Virus record (IMG/VR): IMGVR_UViG_3300023116_000009
Span: 122,088-186,087 of that record
Reading direction: 5' to 3' (one strand)
Source of the DNA: a virus
Length of the DNA: 64,000 nucleotides
Shown here: positions 8,758 through 18,100 of the stretch, in pieces
Position numbering within the stretch: position 1 is the first letter of the stretch
Layout of the letters: every line of letters starts with the position of its first letter
The notes under the pieces: generated by a model
Told to the model about the DNA's origin: nothing
Database searches by the model: none
What the model saw: only the letters and a program-made list of their open reading frames with translations
Translations under genes and position numbers: made by a program

Positions 8758-10448
8758 CTGTACTCCCACATATAATTTAAATCTCCATACTCACTAGTTT
8801 CACCTTGGAAATATCCATTACCATTTTCTGCCATATACCAAACATTACCATCACTATCAATTGATTCGTAGTCAGTTAGACCATCATCAATAAATCCAAA
8901 CGGTGCCATGTCTTGATCAATTTGATTCTTCTGCTCTTCATACAATCTTTTGCGAACGTCATTGTCCGTCATCTCTTTGAAATAATCTTGAGCAACCAAC
9001 CAAGCAAAGATAACCAGACACATTGCAAGGTCATCATTACATCCTTCCTCTGCTTCAAAGGACTGTTTCTTTTGAATAAATGTGGTTAGTTCTGATATGA
9101 TTTCATAATCATTGATAAGCAGTTTATCTGCTTCAATCAATTGTTTGAGGTTAGAGCAACCAATTTTCTTAACTGTTGTACTGGTCTTGACTCCAAGTTG
9201 TGTTTTAGATCCAGAGAATCCCTGACCAACCAATTGACCAGCACGACCCCTCATAGCACACATGAGAAGATTCTCGTTCTCAAGATCATACTGTAAGATT
9301 GATGCTACCTGATCTCCAATATCATTTACCTCAACCAAGATAAATGCTTTATTGTAATTAATAGCAACCTGATGAATAATGTTTGGGAACAACATTGGTT
9401 TAATATCATTGTTCCTATAGACACCTACCACTTTATATGGTACAGTGGTAATATCATATAAAATGAAAGCAGAGTAGTCATTATTAGTTCCACGAGACAC
9501 GTCAACCGTCATGAGATACTCATGCTCTGGAATAGGATTCTCGTATATTTTTAATCCTTTGCTGCTTGAGATTGGTTCATCATATGACATGGATCTCAAC
9601 TTTGCAGCAGAGATTAGTGTGTCAACAGATCCTAAGAACTCACACTCAAACTCTTGTGTGAACTGTCTTAGAGATGTGTTAGCAATCGTTTGTTCTTTCC
9701 ATGCATCATCACGACCTGGAACTTGTGACCAGTGAACTTCTGTCGTGACATATTCGTTTCTACCAAGTTCGGCATCATGCCATAACTTGTAGAACATGTT
9801 CATCCCGTTTGGTGTTGAGATGATGATGACTTTTGTGCTTTTACCAGAAGAAATAGTAGGATAAACAGAGGAAAAGAATTGCTCTGCAATATGGTTTGGA
9901 ATGAACGCAAACTCATCGAGGAAGATGATGTTAAACGACATACCTCGGACAGCACTTGCAGATGTAGAAGATGCCAATATCTTACTGCCATTTTCAAGCT
10001 CCATAGATCCTTTGTTCCATGCAATGATACCCTGCTGCAACCATGTTGGCAAGTTCTCGTATGCAAGTTGTAACCTTCCGAGAAGTTCTCTCGCAGTTGG
10101 TGCTTTGTTTGCTAGGATACCAATGTTAACGTTATCATTGAACAAAGCATAGTGCATAAGATATGCTACAACAGTGGTTGACTTACCTGTCTGTCGTGGC
10201 AACTTTGCAATATTAAATCTGTTGTTGTGGAAGCGGCGAACCATGTCTTCCTGGAAATCATATAATTTGAAGGGAACGAGACCTTCATCCAGGGAGACAA
10301 TTTTGCAATAGTTTCTAGCAAAGTAAACTGGATCCGCTTTACACTTTAAATACTCCTGAATCTGCTCTTGGGTAAAGTTGATAGGAACGCCAACTTTTTT
10401 TAGATTCGGGTTACCAAGATAAATTTCAGTTTGTTTTAATTTAGTCAT
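8754..10448 (-). CDS. gp17: Terminase large subunit
   Basis: YLGNPNLKK, Walker A PRQTGKST, Walker B IIFLDEFAF, IISTPNG, nuclease motifs VDVSRG and NDDLAM. Likely start at 10448 (TAATG overlap with the upstream ORF). Confidence 0.99.
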   Translation of the reverse strand: MTKLKQTEIYLGNPNLKKVGVPINFTQEQIQEYLKCKADPVYFARNYCKIVSLDEGLVPFKLYDFQEDMVRRFHNNRFNIAKLPRQTGKSTTVVAYLMHYALFNDNVNIGILANKAPTARELLGRLQLAYENLPTWLQQGIIAWNKGSMELENGSKILASSTSASAVRGMSFNIIFLDEFAFIPNHIAEQFFSSVYPTISSGKSTKVIIISTPNGMNMFYKLWHDAELGRNEYVTTEVHWSQVPGRDDAWKEQTIANTSLRQFTQEFECEFLGSVDTLISAAKLRSMSYDEPISSSKGLKIYENPIPEHEYLMTVDVSRGTNNDYSAFILYDITTVPYKVVGVYRNNDIKPMLFPNIIHQVAINYNKAFILVEVNDIGDQVASILQYDLENENLLMCAMRGRAGQLVGQGFSGSKTQLGVKTSTTVKKIGCSNLKQLIEADKLLINDYEIISELTTFIQKKQSFEAEEGCNDDLAMCLVIFAWLVAQDYFKEMTDNDVRKRLYEEQKNQIDQDMAPFGFIDDGLTDYESIDSDGNVWYMAENGNGYFQGETSEYGDLNYMWEYR

Positions 10449-10594
10449 TACCATTTAGGGGGTGTATCGGGGCACCTCATGCCAGGTAGAAGTGTTTTCA
10501 GTGGCATAAAACAACCACACAGTTTACATTGTTTTGTTTTTTCTTTAAAATGTTCACACTCTGTACAGAGTTTATATTTTTCATCAGAAGTCAT
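10448..10594 (-). CDS. 48-aa Cys-rich protein (below the ORF track cutoff)
   Basis: Hand translation: MTSDEKYKLCTECEHFKEKTKQCKLCGCFMPLKTLLPGMRCPDTPPKW*. It fills the gap exactly and its stop overlaps the gp17 start. Confidence 0.85.
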   Translation of the reverse strand: MTSDEKYKLCTECEHFKEKTKQCKLCGCFMPLKTLLPGMRCPDTPPKW

Positions 10595-10597
10595 AAA

Positions 10598-10879
10598 TTA
10601 ACAATCCCAAGCTCTCAATGATTTATTTATTCTTGAATTTGGATCACTAGCAGTTTTCTTACTTGTAAGTTTTTTCTTCATCCCACGCATTCGAGCACAG
10701 AAGGACTTTCTTCTCTTGTTTCCCTTCTCCTTGCTGGGTGCTTTCAAGTCGCTCCCAGGGTTCTCCCTCTCGTAGGACTTCCTGCCCTTCTCGTTGAGTC
10801 CACCTTCTTTGTTCTGACCAGATTTCTTTGTCCATGCTGCACCTTCTTCTAAGTTACAAAATTCTTTAAATGTTAACAT
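10598..10879 (-). CDS. Basic conserved phage protein (DUF6321-like, from recall) with a capsid-targeting-like N-terminus
   Basis: AAWTKKSGQNKEGGLNEKGRKSY...RRKSFCARM...SRINKSLRAWDC; N-terminus MLTFKEFCNLEE. Confidence 0.8.
   Translation of the reverse strand: MLTFKEFCNLEEGAAWTKKSGQNKEGGLNEKGRKSYERENPGSDLKAPSKEKGNKRRKSFCARMRGMKKKLTSKKTASDPNSRINKSLRAWDC
10624..10630 (-). promoter_or_regulatory. Possible late promoter ATAAATA (48-aa ORF and gp17)
   Basis: 30 nt upstream of the 48-aa ORF but inside the upstream coding sequence, so it may be chance. Confidence 0.45.
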
Positions 10880-10880
10880 A

Positions 10881-11603
10881 TTAGGACTCCTTTAGTAATA
10901 AAAGGTCAAATGCTGCTGTATAACGACCGTTGTTTGAACGAGTAGTCATACGAACATCAATATCAGATTTCTCTGGGATACGCTGTGGGAATGAGAAGTC
11001 GTAATCATACTGACCACCTACACCAGCAACCTCAAATGAATGAGCAATTCTGAAAGCGTCCTCGCCACCATAACGAATATACATATCACCACTACCATCT
11101 GCTGATGCTTGTGCTGTGCAAACACCTCTGTAGAGATATCCAGTTTTGCCAGCAGGAACAGTATAAACTGCCATTTGAGTTTGCTGACGGTTCTCTAAAA
11201 TTTTAGCGACAACTGTAGTACCAACTTTAATCTCAATGTTACCAACAAGAGGAGTTCCAGTGTATGCTCTAAAAACTCTAATAAATTGATTGGTTGTAGT
11301 TACTGTTCCAGGATTAGTTCCAGTATTAATTTCTTCAGTAAGTTCATTGTAGTCAGCATCTAATCCAATGATAGTGAGTGTTTTACCATCATCACCACCA
11401 TTGCTGTGTGCCACTACCAGATTAGCAGCGCCAGGATCAAAAGCACTCCATGGATACAGAGTATCATTTACATCCCAAATAGTTCCGTCCTGGTTCTGTG
11501 ACATCGCTGGCACAGCACCAAACTTATGAACAGTAGATGCTCCACGGACTTTACCCATGGCAACATTCTGTCTAAAGTTGTCGTCCCAATTAAAGTAACT
11601 CAT
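10881..11603 (-). CDS. Hypothetical protein, beta-rich, probably virion-associated
   Basis: Long ORF. Likely start MSYFNWDD at 11603 (ATGA overlap with the upstream ORF). Confidence 0.75.
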   Translation of the reverse strand: MSYFNWDDNFRQNVAMGKVRGASTVHKFGAVPAMSQNQDGTIWDVNDTLYPWSAFDPGAANLVVAHSNGGDDGKTLTIIGLDADYNELTEEINTGTNPGTVTTTNQFIRVFRAYTGTPLVGNIEIKVGTTVVAKILENRQQTQMAVYTVPAGKTGYLYRGVCTAQASADGSGDMYIRYGGEDAFRIAHSFEVAGVGGQYDYDFSFPQRIPEKSDIDVRMTTRSNNGRYTAAFDLLLLKES

Positions 11604-11848
11604 GCGAAATATCCTACTGGGGTTGCCCAAACTTCAGCAGTGGCACCTGTGGTTGCCTGAAGAGTTTCGTCATACTCTTTTTTGATGAGTACTCTTTCTC
11701 CAGCAGCAATCCACAGATTATTGCCGTTGCTGTTAACAATAAGAACAGGAACAGTATTAGTATTAATTACAGATACAATAGTTGCATCTCCAACTAAATT
11801 TGCTGCTGCTTGGATATCTACAGATACCCCTTTTGACTTGAGGATCAT
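11600..11848 (-). CDS. Hypothetical protein (82 aa)
   Basis: Fills the gap after gp16 and is preceded by a late promoter motif. Confidence 0.75.
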   Translation of the reverse strand: MILKSKGVSVDIQAAANLVGDATIVSVINTNTVPVLIVNSNGNNLWIAAGERVLIKKEYDETLQATTGATAEVWATPVGYFA

Positions 11849-11865
11849 CGTACTAAGTTTTATTA

Positions 11866-12294
11866 TTATTTATTATCTAAGAGACCTTGTTTAATGAGTT
11901 TGGACAACTCTGCAGTTGATCCAACAAACAAAGCATTGTTGTTGGTAACCTTCTGCTTGGACTTAGGACCTTCTTCAAGATCCTGCATCTTCTGCTGTAA
12001 GGCAATCAGTTTCTCAGTGGCGTCAGAAACGCTCTTAACTAACTGTCCAGCGACTTCATATGCTCTAGGGTGATCTGTGTTATTTGCCACGTCTAAGATG
12101 CCTGAGAGCGCCTCCTGACCCTTCTCAATGATGTCATAGAGTTGACCCCTAGAATAGTCGTAATCTTTTTTGATATCCTTATCGATATCAATAATACGCT
12201 CTGTTCTTTTCTTTGGTTTTAGGGTTTCTTCTGTAGGAACAATATCTGCTTCTACATTTAGTGCATCTTCAATCCCATCGTAGTTATCATTCAT
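11866..12294 (-). CDS. gp16: Terminase small subunit
   Basis: KDYDYSRGQLYDIIEKGQEA, HPRAYEVAGQLVKSV, VTNNNALFVGSTAELSKLIK. Confidence 0.95.
   Translation of the reverse strand: MNDNYDGIEDALNVEADIVPTEETLKPKKRTERIIDIDKDIKKDYDYSRGQLYDIIEKGQEALSGILDVANNTDHPRAYEVAGQLVKSVSDATEKLIALQQKMQDLEEGPKSKQKVTNNNALFVGSTAELSKLIKQGLLDNK
11867..11873 (-). promoter_or_regulatory. Late promoter ATAAATA
   Basis: At the gp16 stop, 19 nt upstream of the 82-aa ORF. Confidence 0.7.
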
Positions 12295-13097
12295 ACGTCT
12301 TCAAAATAAGATGTAGTTTCATTGAATCCAAAGTCATCGCCAGATACCAGAAGAGCATCATCAAGTGCATCAACAACGTTGTCGCTGTTCTTATCTTCTT
12401 TTGCTTTAGGAGTGACTTCATATTGTCTATATCTACTTGCAATATTCAGATCAGTTGTAGTATAATCTTTTGTAATTGCTTTTTTGATAAGTCCAGTATC
12501 AGATGTAGGACCGTAAATATAAGTTTTAATTGTAAATCTTAAAGTGTATACCAGAGATCTTCTGGTTGAGAAATCTCCTTCATATGAATCATCAAAGAAA
12601 ATACTATTCAATACAATGGGAACATCTTTTCTAATGTTTGCTTCATCGACTAATCTCATTGAAAGATTAAAGGATGGTTGAAAGTATGGAACAATTTGTT
12701 CTACAATTTGCAAACAATCATCTTGAGTTTTGCTAAGAATATTAAGTTCAAATTCAAGATTGTATGGAACAGGAACATAAGTTTTCTTTACACCCTCATT
12801 GTCCTCATTGGTCAAACAATACTGAACAGGACTCTGCTTTCTGGTTGGATCATAATTCATCCCAGTCATTTCAAATGCAAGACGAGGAAGAGTAATAGCA
12901 TTTGGTCTTCCAAGTTCAGGTTGCTCCGTTAAACGAGCAAGAAATTTCTGACGAGGACCATATGCCAAAGGAACTTTCATTCTTTGATATACTGTTCCAT
13001 CATCATGAAACTTACGAATTTCAATATTATTGAAAAGCGTACCAAACCCGATAACTGCTTTTCTTATAATTTGATTGTAACTAAATTCTCCTAACAT
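12291..13097 (-). CDS. gp15: Tail sheath stabilizer / tail terminator
   Basis: IIRKAVIGFGTLFNNI, KVPLAYGPRQKFLARL, LPRLAFEM, PVPYNLEFEL, QIVEQIVPYFQP. Confidence 0.97.
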   Translation of the reverse strand: MLGEFSYNQIIRKAVIGFGTLFNNIEIRKFHDDGTVYQRMKVPLAYGPRQKFLARLTEQPELGRPNAITLPRLAFEMTGMNYDPTRKQSPVQYCLTNEDNEGVKKTYVPVPYNLEFELNILSKTQDDCLQIVEQIVPYFQPSFNLSMRLVDEANIRKDVPIVLNSIFFDDSYEGDFSTRRSLVYTLRFTIKTYIYGPTSDTGLIKKAITKDYTTTDLNIASRYRQYEVTPKAKEDKNSDNVVDALDDALLVSGDDFGFNETTSYFEDV

Positions 13098-13099
13098 AA

Positions 13100-13984
13100 T
13101 TAACTCCTATTTCCAAATTCTCCAAATGGGTTTACTTCAGTGAAATCTAAAATTCCATCGCCTAGATTTTCAAACTCAATGTTATCTGCATATGCATCCT
13201 TCATATCAAGTTCATCAAAGCTAGTAATATTTATAGAGAAACCAGTAACCTCTCCAGTTAAAGTTTCTCCAACTAGATATGTCGAAGATGCAGAAGATGA
13301 TGTAAATGCTCTCAGTTCTACAAATGCTTCATCAGGATCCCATTGGTTAACCATTGCTTTGATCCCATTAACAGATCCTTCAACCATTTCACCAAGTTGT
13401 GGTTCACCACTAATGGTCTCCCTATCATAATAGAATTTAACAATAAATCCATCATCTTCTTGAGTTTCAAAGATATCACTACCAGCGGTTTCGTTGGCAT
13501 ACTCATAAAGTTCACATTTTAATTGATAAGTAAATAACTTACCAAATTGATAAAAAGGTACTTCATGTTCTACAAACTTAACTTCAAATAAATTTGAGGT
13601 CAGTGGGAAGTATATTAGATCACCTTCTTGTGGTCTAGAACCAACCATGATGTTATCTGCTCCTGTCATTTGCACAGCAATAAAATCATCAAACATCTGC
13701 TTAGATAATGTAAGAGTGATTTCATCTGTTGATCTAATGCCAAATTTTGTTAGGATATCACCAGCACCTTGGAATCCTTCATTATTTTCCAAGTAGGCAT
13801 ATGTTAAAAATGAATCATCAAATTCTGAAATAATTTCTTCATTTAAGATATTATCTTTAGCAATAAGTTTTCTAGGAATATAAAGAATATCTAAACTAAA
13901 CATTTTGATAAACTCATCCACCAGCGATTGCTGAAGGATTTGTTCATTCCTAGTACCGTGTGTAAAGTAAGTAGTTTTTGCCAT
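13100..13984 (-). CDS. gp14: Neck protein / head closure
   Basis: EQILQQSLVDEFIKMF..DILYIPRK, RPQEGDLIYFPL, LFEVKFVEHEVPFYQ, NPFGE. Confidence 0.96.
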   Translation of the reverse strand: MAKTTYFTHGTRNEQILQQSLVDEFIKMFSLDILYIPRKLIAKDNILNEEIISEFDDSFLTYAYLENNEGFQGAGDILTKFGIRSTDEITLTLSKQMFDDFIAVQMTGADNIMVGSRPQEGDLIYFPLTSNLFEVKFVEHEVPFYQFGKLFTYQLKCELYEYANETAGSDIFETQEDDGFIVKFYYDRETISGEPQLGEMVEGSVNGIKAMVNQWDPDEAFVELRAFTSSSASSTYLVGETLTGEVTGFSINITSFDELDMKDAYADNIEFENLGDGILDFTEVNPFGEFGNRS

Positions 13985-13985
13985 C

Positions 13986-14789
13986 TTATCCGATCATATC
14001 CATTGGTGGAAGTTCGTATGTTGATGCCATTTCCGATTCAATCTTTTCAAGTTCTGCAACAGCATCGTCATAAAGTTGTCTACCGTTCATTGTAATTCCA
14101 CCAGGAAGTTGTGCCCCCTGGAATTTGATTAAGTTTTGACCCCACTGCTTTTTAATGAGTGAGGTGCAGTATCTTTTTAAGAATTGGTCATTATAAATTT
14201 GAGTATATGAAGTTGGGTCAAGCAATCGATAACAATCAATAATTACAAAAGCACCTTCATCTACAAAATCTGTAGCAGTGTCAATAAACAAACGATCTTG
14301 TCTTTGATTGAATCTAAACGGAATAAAACTACCATTGTTTAAAACCATATCTAAGGTCTCTAGATATGACTTAACCATGTAGTAACTTAAAATATCAACA
14401 GATCCAAATTGATAAAGATCATTTAAAAATAATTGATACTCTAATCCAAAGAGGTTGCTTCTAATATTGCTACCTTTGATTCCAAAAACTTGATTAACAC
14501 CCAGTACTTGAGGTGGAATATCTAAGTAATTATTTCGTGCCAACCAATCTGTAGATCCTACAGTAGTGGTTTCGTTGCTTTCAGTAAACCGTGTTACATC
14601 ATCAGCAGTAAACTGATGCTTCAAGAACATCCTTTCGACACCATTGAAATGACGTTCTTGGAACATTTGAATTGCATCATCAATTAGATCATCAATCTGG
14701 TCATCATCGACGTTGATTTCCAGAATTGGTTTGCCTAATCTTCTAAGACAATATTCTTTTAATTCTGCTCTACTTGTTGGTTGCGCCAT
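13986..14789 (-). CDS. gp13: Neck protein / head-tail adaptor
   Basis: PTSRAELKEYCLRRLGKP..EINVDDDQIDD, KKQWGQNLIKF, QLPGGITMNG. Confidence 0.97.
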   Translation of the reverse strand: MAQPTSRAELKEYCLRRLGKPILEINVDDDQIDDLIDDAIQMFQERHFNGVERMFLKHQFTADDVTRFTESNETTTVGSTDWLARNNYLDIPPQVLGVNQVFGIKGSNIRSNLFGLEYQLFLNDLYQFGSVDILSYYMVKSYLETLDMVLNNGSFIPFRFNQRQDRLFIDTATDFVDEGAFVIIDCYRLLDPTSYTQIYNDQFLKRYCTSLIKKQWGQNLIKFQGAQLPGGITMNGRQLYDDAVAELEKIESEMASTYELPPMDMIG

Positions 14790-14806
14790 TTATACGCATA
14801 AAAAAA

Positions 14807-14832
14807 GTCCTCTACTTTATTTAGTAGAGGAC
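14807..14832 (-). terminator. Rho-independent terminator
   Basis: Minus strand GTCCTCTACT-AAATAA-AGTAGAGGAC, a perfect 10-bp stem followed by T7, immediately after the stop of the 72-aa ORF. Confidence 0.88.
14818..14824 (-). promoter_or_regulatory. Late promoter CTAAATA (gp13), embedded in the terminator loop
   Basis: 29 nt upstream of the gp13 start. Confidence 0.75.
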
Positions 14833-14839
14833 CATTTTA

Positions 14840-15058
14840 TCAACCTTCGACGTGTTGCGAGATCAGTTCTTCTTGCCCTGAATTCAGAGGTTGATCTCCA
14901 CCGTTATCGGTCTTTGCCATACGCAAACCTTCAATAGCACCTTGCAATCTAAAGAATTCTTCCTTCTTAGATACAAGTCCTGCATCCAGTTCACGAATCT
15001 CATCTACGAGTTCTTTGAGATTCTTTTCAAAACGTTGAATCATTTCGTCAATTGTCAT
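14840..15058 (-). CDS. Small coiled-coil protein downstream of the fibre gene
   Basis: 72 aa with a heptad pattern, strong RBS AGGAGG and a perfect late promoter upstream. Confidence 0.8.
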   Translation of the reverse strand: MTIDEMIQRFEKNLKELVDEIRELDAGLVSKKEEFFRLQGAIEGLRMAKTDNGGDQPLNSGQEELISQHVEG

Positions 15059-15098
15059 TGGATCCTCCTATAAAATTGTATATTGGTCATGACTCTAT

Positions 15099-15106
15099 TA
15101 TTTATA
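15099..15106 (-). promoter_or_regulatory. Late promoter TATAAATA
   Basis: Perfect consensus immediately after the 1173-aa gene, upstream of the 72-aa ORF. Confidence 0.8.
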
Positions 15107-15108
15107 CA

Positions 15109-18100
15109 TCAATGATCTGGTTCATCAATCTCCTCTGATGGTGCTGCTTGACCATCAAACATGCTGGACTTGTTCTCAGGTTCTTCAGCAAGGAACGCTT
15201 CATATGTTGGATAATCATCTCCAGGACGGCGATGTCTATCTGGTTCAAGAATTGTTCTACCTTCATCATCAGTCCAGTTTGCTTCTCTAATCTTAGCATC
15301 CTGACGCTCTGCAACAACCATCCAATCGATGGTGTCAGTACATGCAGGATCTTGTGCTTCGATAGTAACAATACCTGCTGCAGTGACTGTAGCACGAACT
15401 GATGTCCATCCTTGGTTATTGACAACAAATACTTGAGGATCTCTACAGAGATGTTGCCATGTGCCTGGGGTCATTCCAACTGCAACGTCAATGTCAACAG
15501 TAGCAGTTCCACCAACAAGTGCAACCTTATCTCTATAAATCAGATCAGGACGTGGACCCTCAACAAATGAGTGAACCAGATCTTTGGTTTCTGTTAGTTC
15601 AGGCAGTGGGTGTGGAATACGGAATGTACCAGATCCTTTGGTTAGAGTTCCAGAGTGGAATGCATCACCATTTGATCTGAAGTAGTGATAAAGATTACCT
15701 GACCACTCACCACAACTGTATCCAGAACAGGAGTAACCATAGATAGCAAATTCTTCATTACTATCATCATTCAGATGAAGTTCTAATCTTGATACGTTAT
15801 AAGATGGAGTTACAAATCTGAAACCGTATGGGTCAGAGTTTGTACCATAACCTGTCTGGCGGAATCTAATAGTGTTAGTGGTAATTGTTGGGCAACGCAT
15901 CTCACCCGTGACATCCAAGTTAATACCAGATGCTGGGTTTGTACCGATACCAACACGACCAGAGAAGTAGTTCTGATCTTCATTTCTACAGTAAATGCCA
16001 TAACGATAAGACAAGTTAGTTGGATTATTACCAGCACTGTCTAAGGATCCTACTGAGAAAGTAAGTCCTCTAATGTCAAAGTTAACATAGAGACCTCTCA
16101 TATTATAGCAGTTACCACCATCCATTCTGGTATAGAGGTAAGCACCATAAGAGTTGTTTACTGTAGTTCCATTTACTCTTTCTTCAGCATTAACACCAAT
16201 TCTATTATAAGTGTAAATACCAAACTTAGAGTTTGTTCTAGAACCATATCTGGTGTCCAAATAGTTGTAGATACCTCTAGCATCTGCAACATATCCTGGA
16301 CCAGAACTATTAGCATTCAATCCATTGTAGAAATCACTGGAGAAGTTATATGCATAATCCATTCTACCATTACGGTAGTTTCTGCAGTATGCCTGAACAC
16401 CACGGGCACTTACCCATCTACCACCAGCAATATTAAATGCAAGACCTCTGTTACCTTCTCCATATCCAACATAAGCATTTGCATAGTTTCTCTTATCAAG
16501 ATAACCTTGTCTGCAATATGCGTAGTTGAGTGAAGCGTAGATACTATCTAAGAATGCATCTTGTTGATATCCGTTTGCAACATAAAGTTCACCAGGGCGA
16601 TTCTGCCAACTCATTGAGAAGTCAGAATAAACACCAATTTGACCAACGTTAGTAATATTATAAGAAGAAGATCTTGTAGTATCTACATAGAGTGCTTTAC
16701 CACGCTCACCTGAACCTGCACCATTAGCAGGAACGGTTGTCGAATAAGGCAGTGCAGTTCCTTGTGGTGGCAAATAGTATGCAGTAAATCTATCGTTCCA
16801 ACCAACATCAAGAGCGGTGTTTGCACCAGTGCCAGTGTTAAACAGTCCAAGTCGATTCCAACGACCCTTTACTCTTGCATTTGTTGGGCAATTGTGAACG
16901 TAAGTTGTATCTGGTGTTCCTCCTGCTTCTGTTGCAAAGTTATAAGTTCCTGCAGAAGTTGGAGTTTGAGTTGCGGCAAGTTGTTCCCAACCAGGATTAT
17001 TGATTCGCATCAAAATCGTATTTGGGTAGGGATTGGTATCACTGCTATTTGGTCTATAGCAGTTTAAGTTTCTATTGAATGTACCAGATTGAGACCAATT
17101 AGTGTCACCCTCTCCACCATTGGTTCCGCCTGCTGCTGTACCAAGACCAGTGTTCACCATAGTGAGACCCTGGTTATACATGAATTTGTGACCTTCTGCA
17201 TTTCCACTCATGGAGTTTGCAGTAGTTTCCTCAATAGTAAAGGTACAGTTAACGCCTACATTATTAAAAGTAAATACTCCAGTTCCAACACCATTTTCAT
17301 CAAGAACTTCCGTTGCAGTTCTATTGTAATTTGGAATGCTAATAGAAATAATTCTATATCCATCATCGTCATAGTTTGCCCCAATAGGACCATACTGCTT
17401 TAATACATCTTGAGAAACAATCTTAGAGTCACTAGTGTTTACACCCTCACCTGTTGTAACAGAAGCAATGTTTGTATAGTAAATTGGTCTACCACCTTGA
17501 GTAGAACCTGAGGTTGCCTCAAAGTATCTACTCCAGTTTCTGTAGTATGCAAGGTTTCTAGTTACATACTGAGTACGCCAAGAGTGCATCTGGCGGTTAT
17601 TATAGTAACCTAACAGATACATCAGGGACCAACCAGAGTTTCTGTAGTCCAACTGCCAATAACCACGAATCATGTGGGAAGTTGCAGGACCCCAGTACAT
17701 GATACCAACATTGCTGCGGAATCTGGTAGGACCATTTACATCAAGTTTTGCATAACCATCAAAACCACTAGTAAGATTGATGGCAGCTCTGTAACTATCA
17801 AGATAGAAAATATCTCTTAATTGTTCTGTAGAACTATCATAGTTCCTACCATATGCTCTAAATCTCCACTGTTCAGGACCAATCTTATCAGATCTTGAAC
17901 GCATCCAAAGAGCATCTTGAGTACCACCTGATTGATTACCTGGAACTTTCCATTTAAAATACCAATAGTTGGAATCTGTTTGAGTTGTAAATCTCCAGCG
18001 ATATTCACCATTGCTGGATCTTAATTCTGGACCCTGCTCTGGTTGGTTTGCATCTACTCCACTGTCAAGGGTTACAATATCGAGAGGTGAATTTGGTGAT

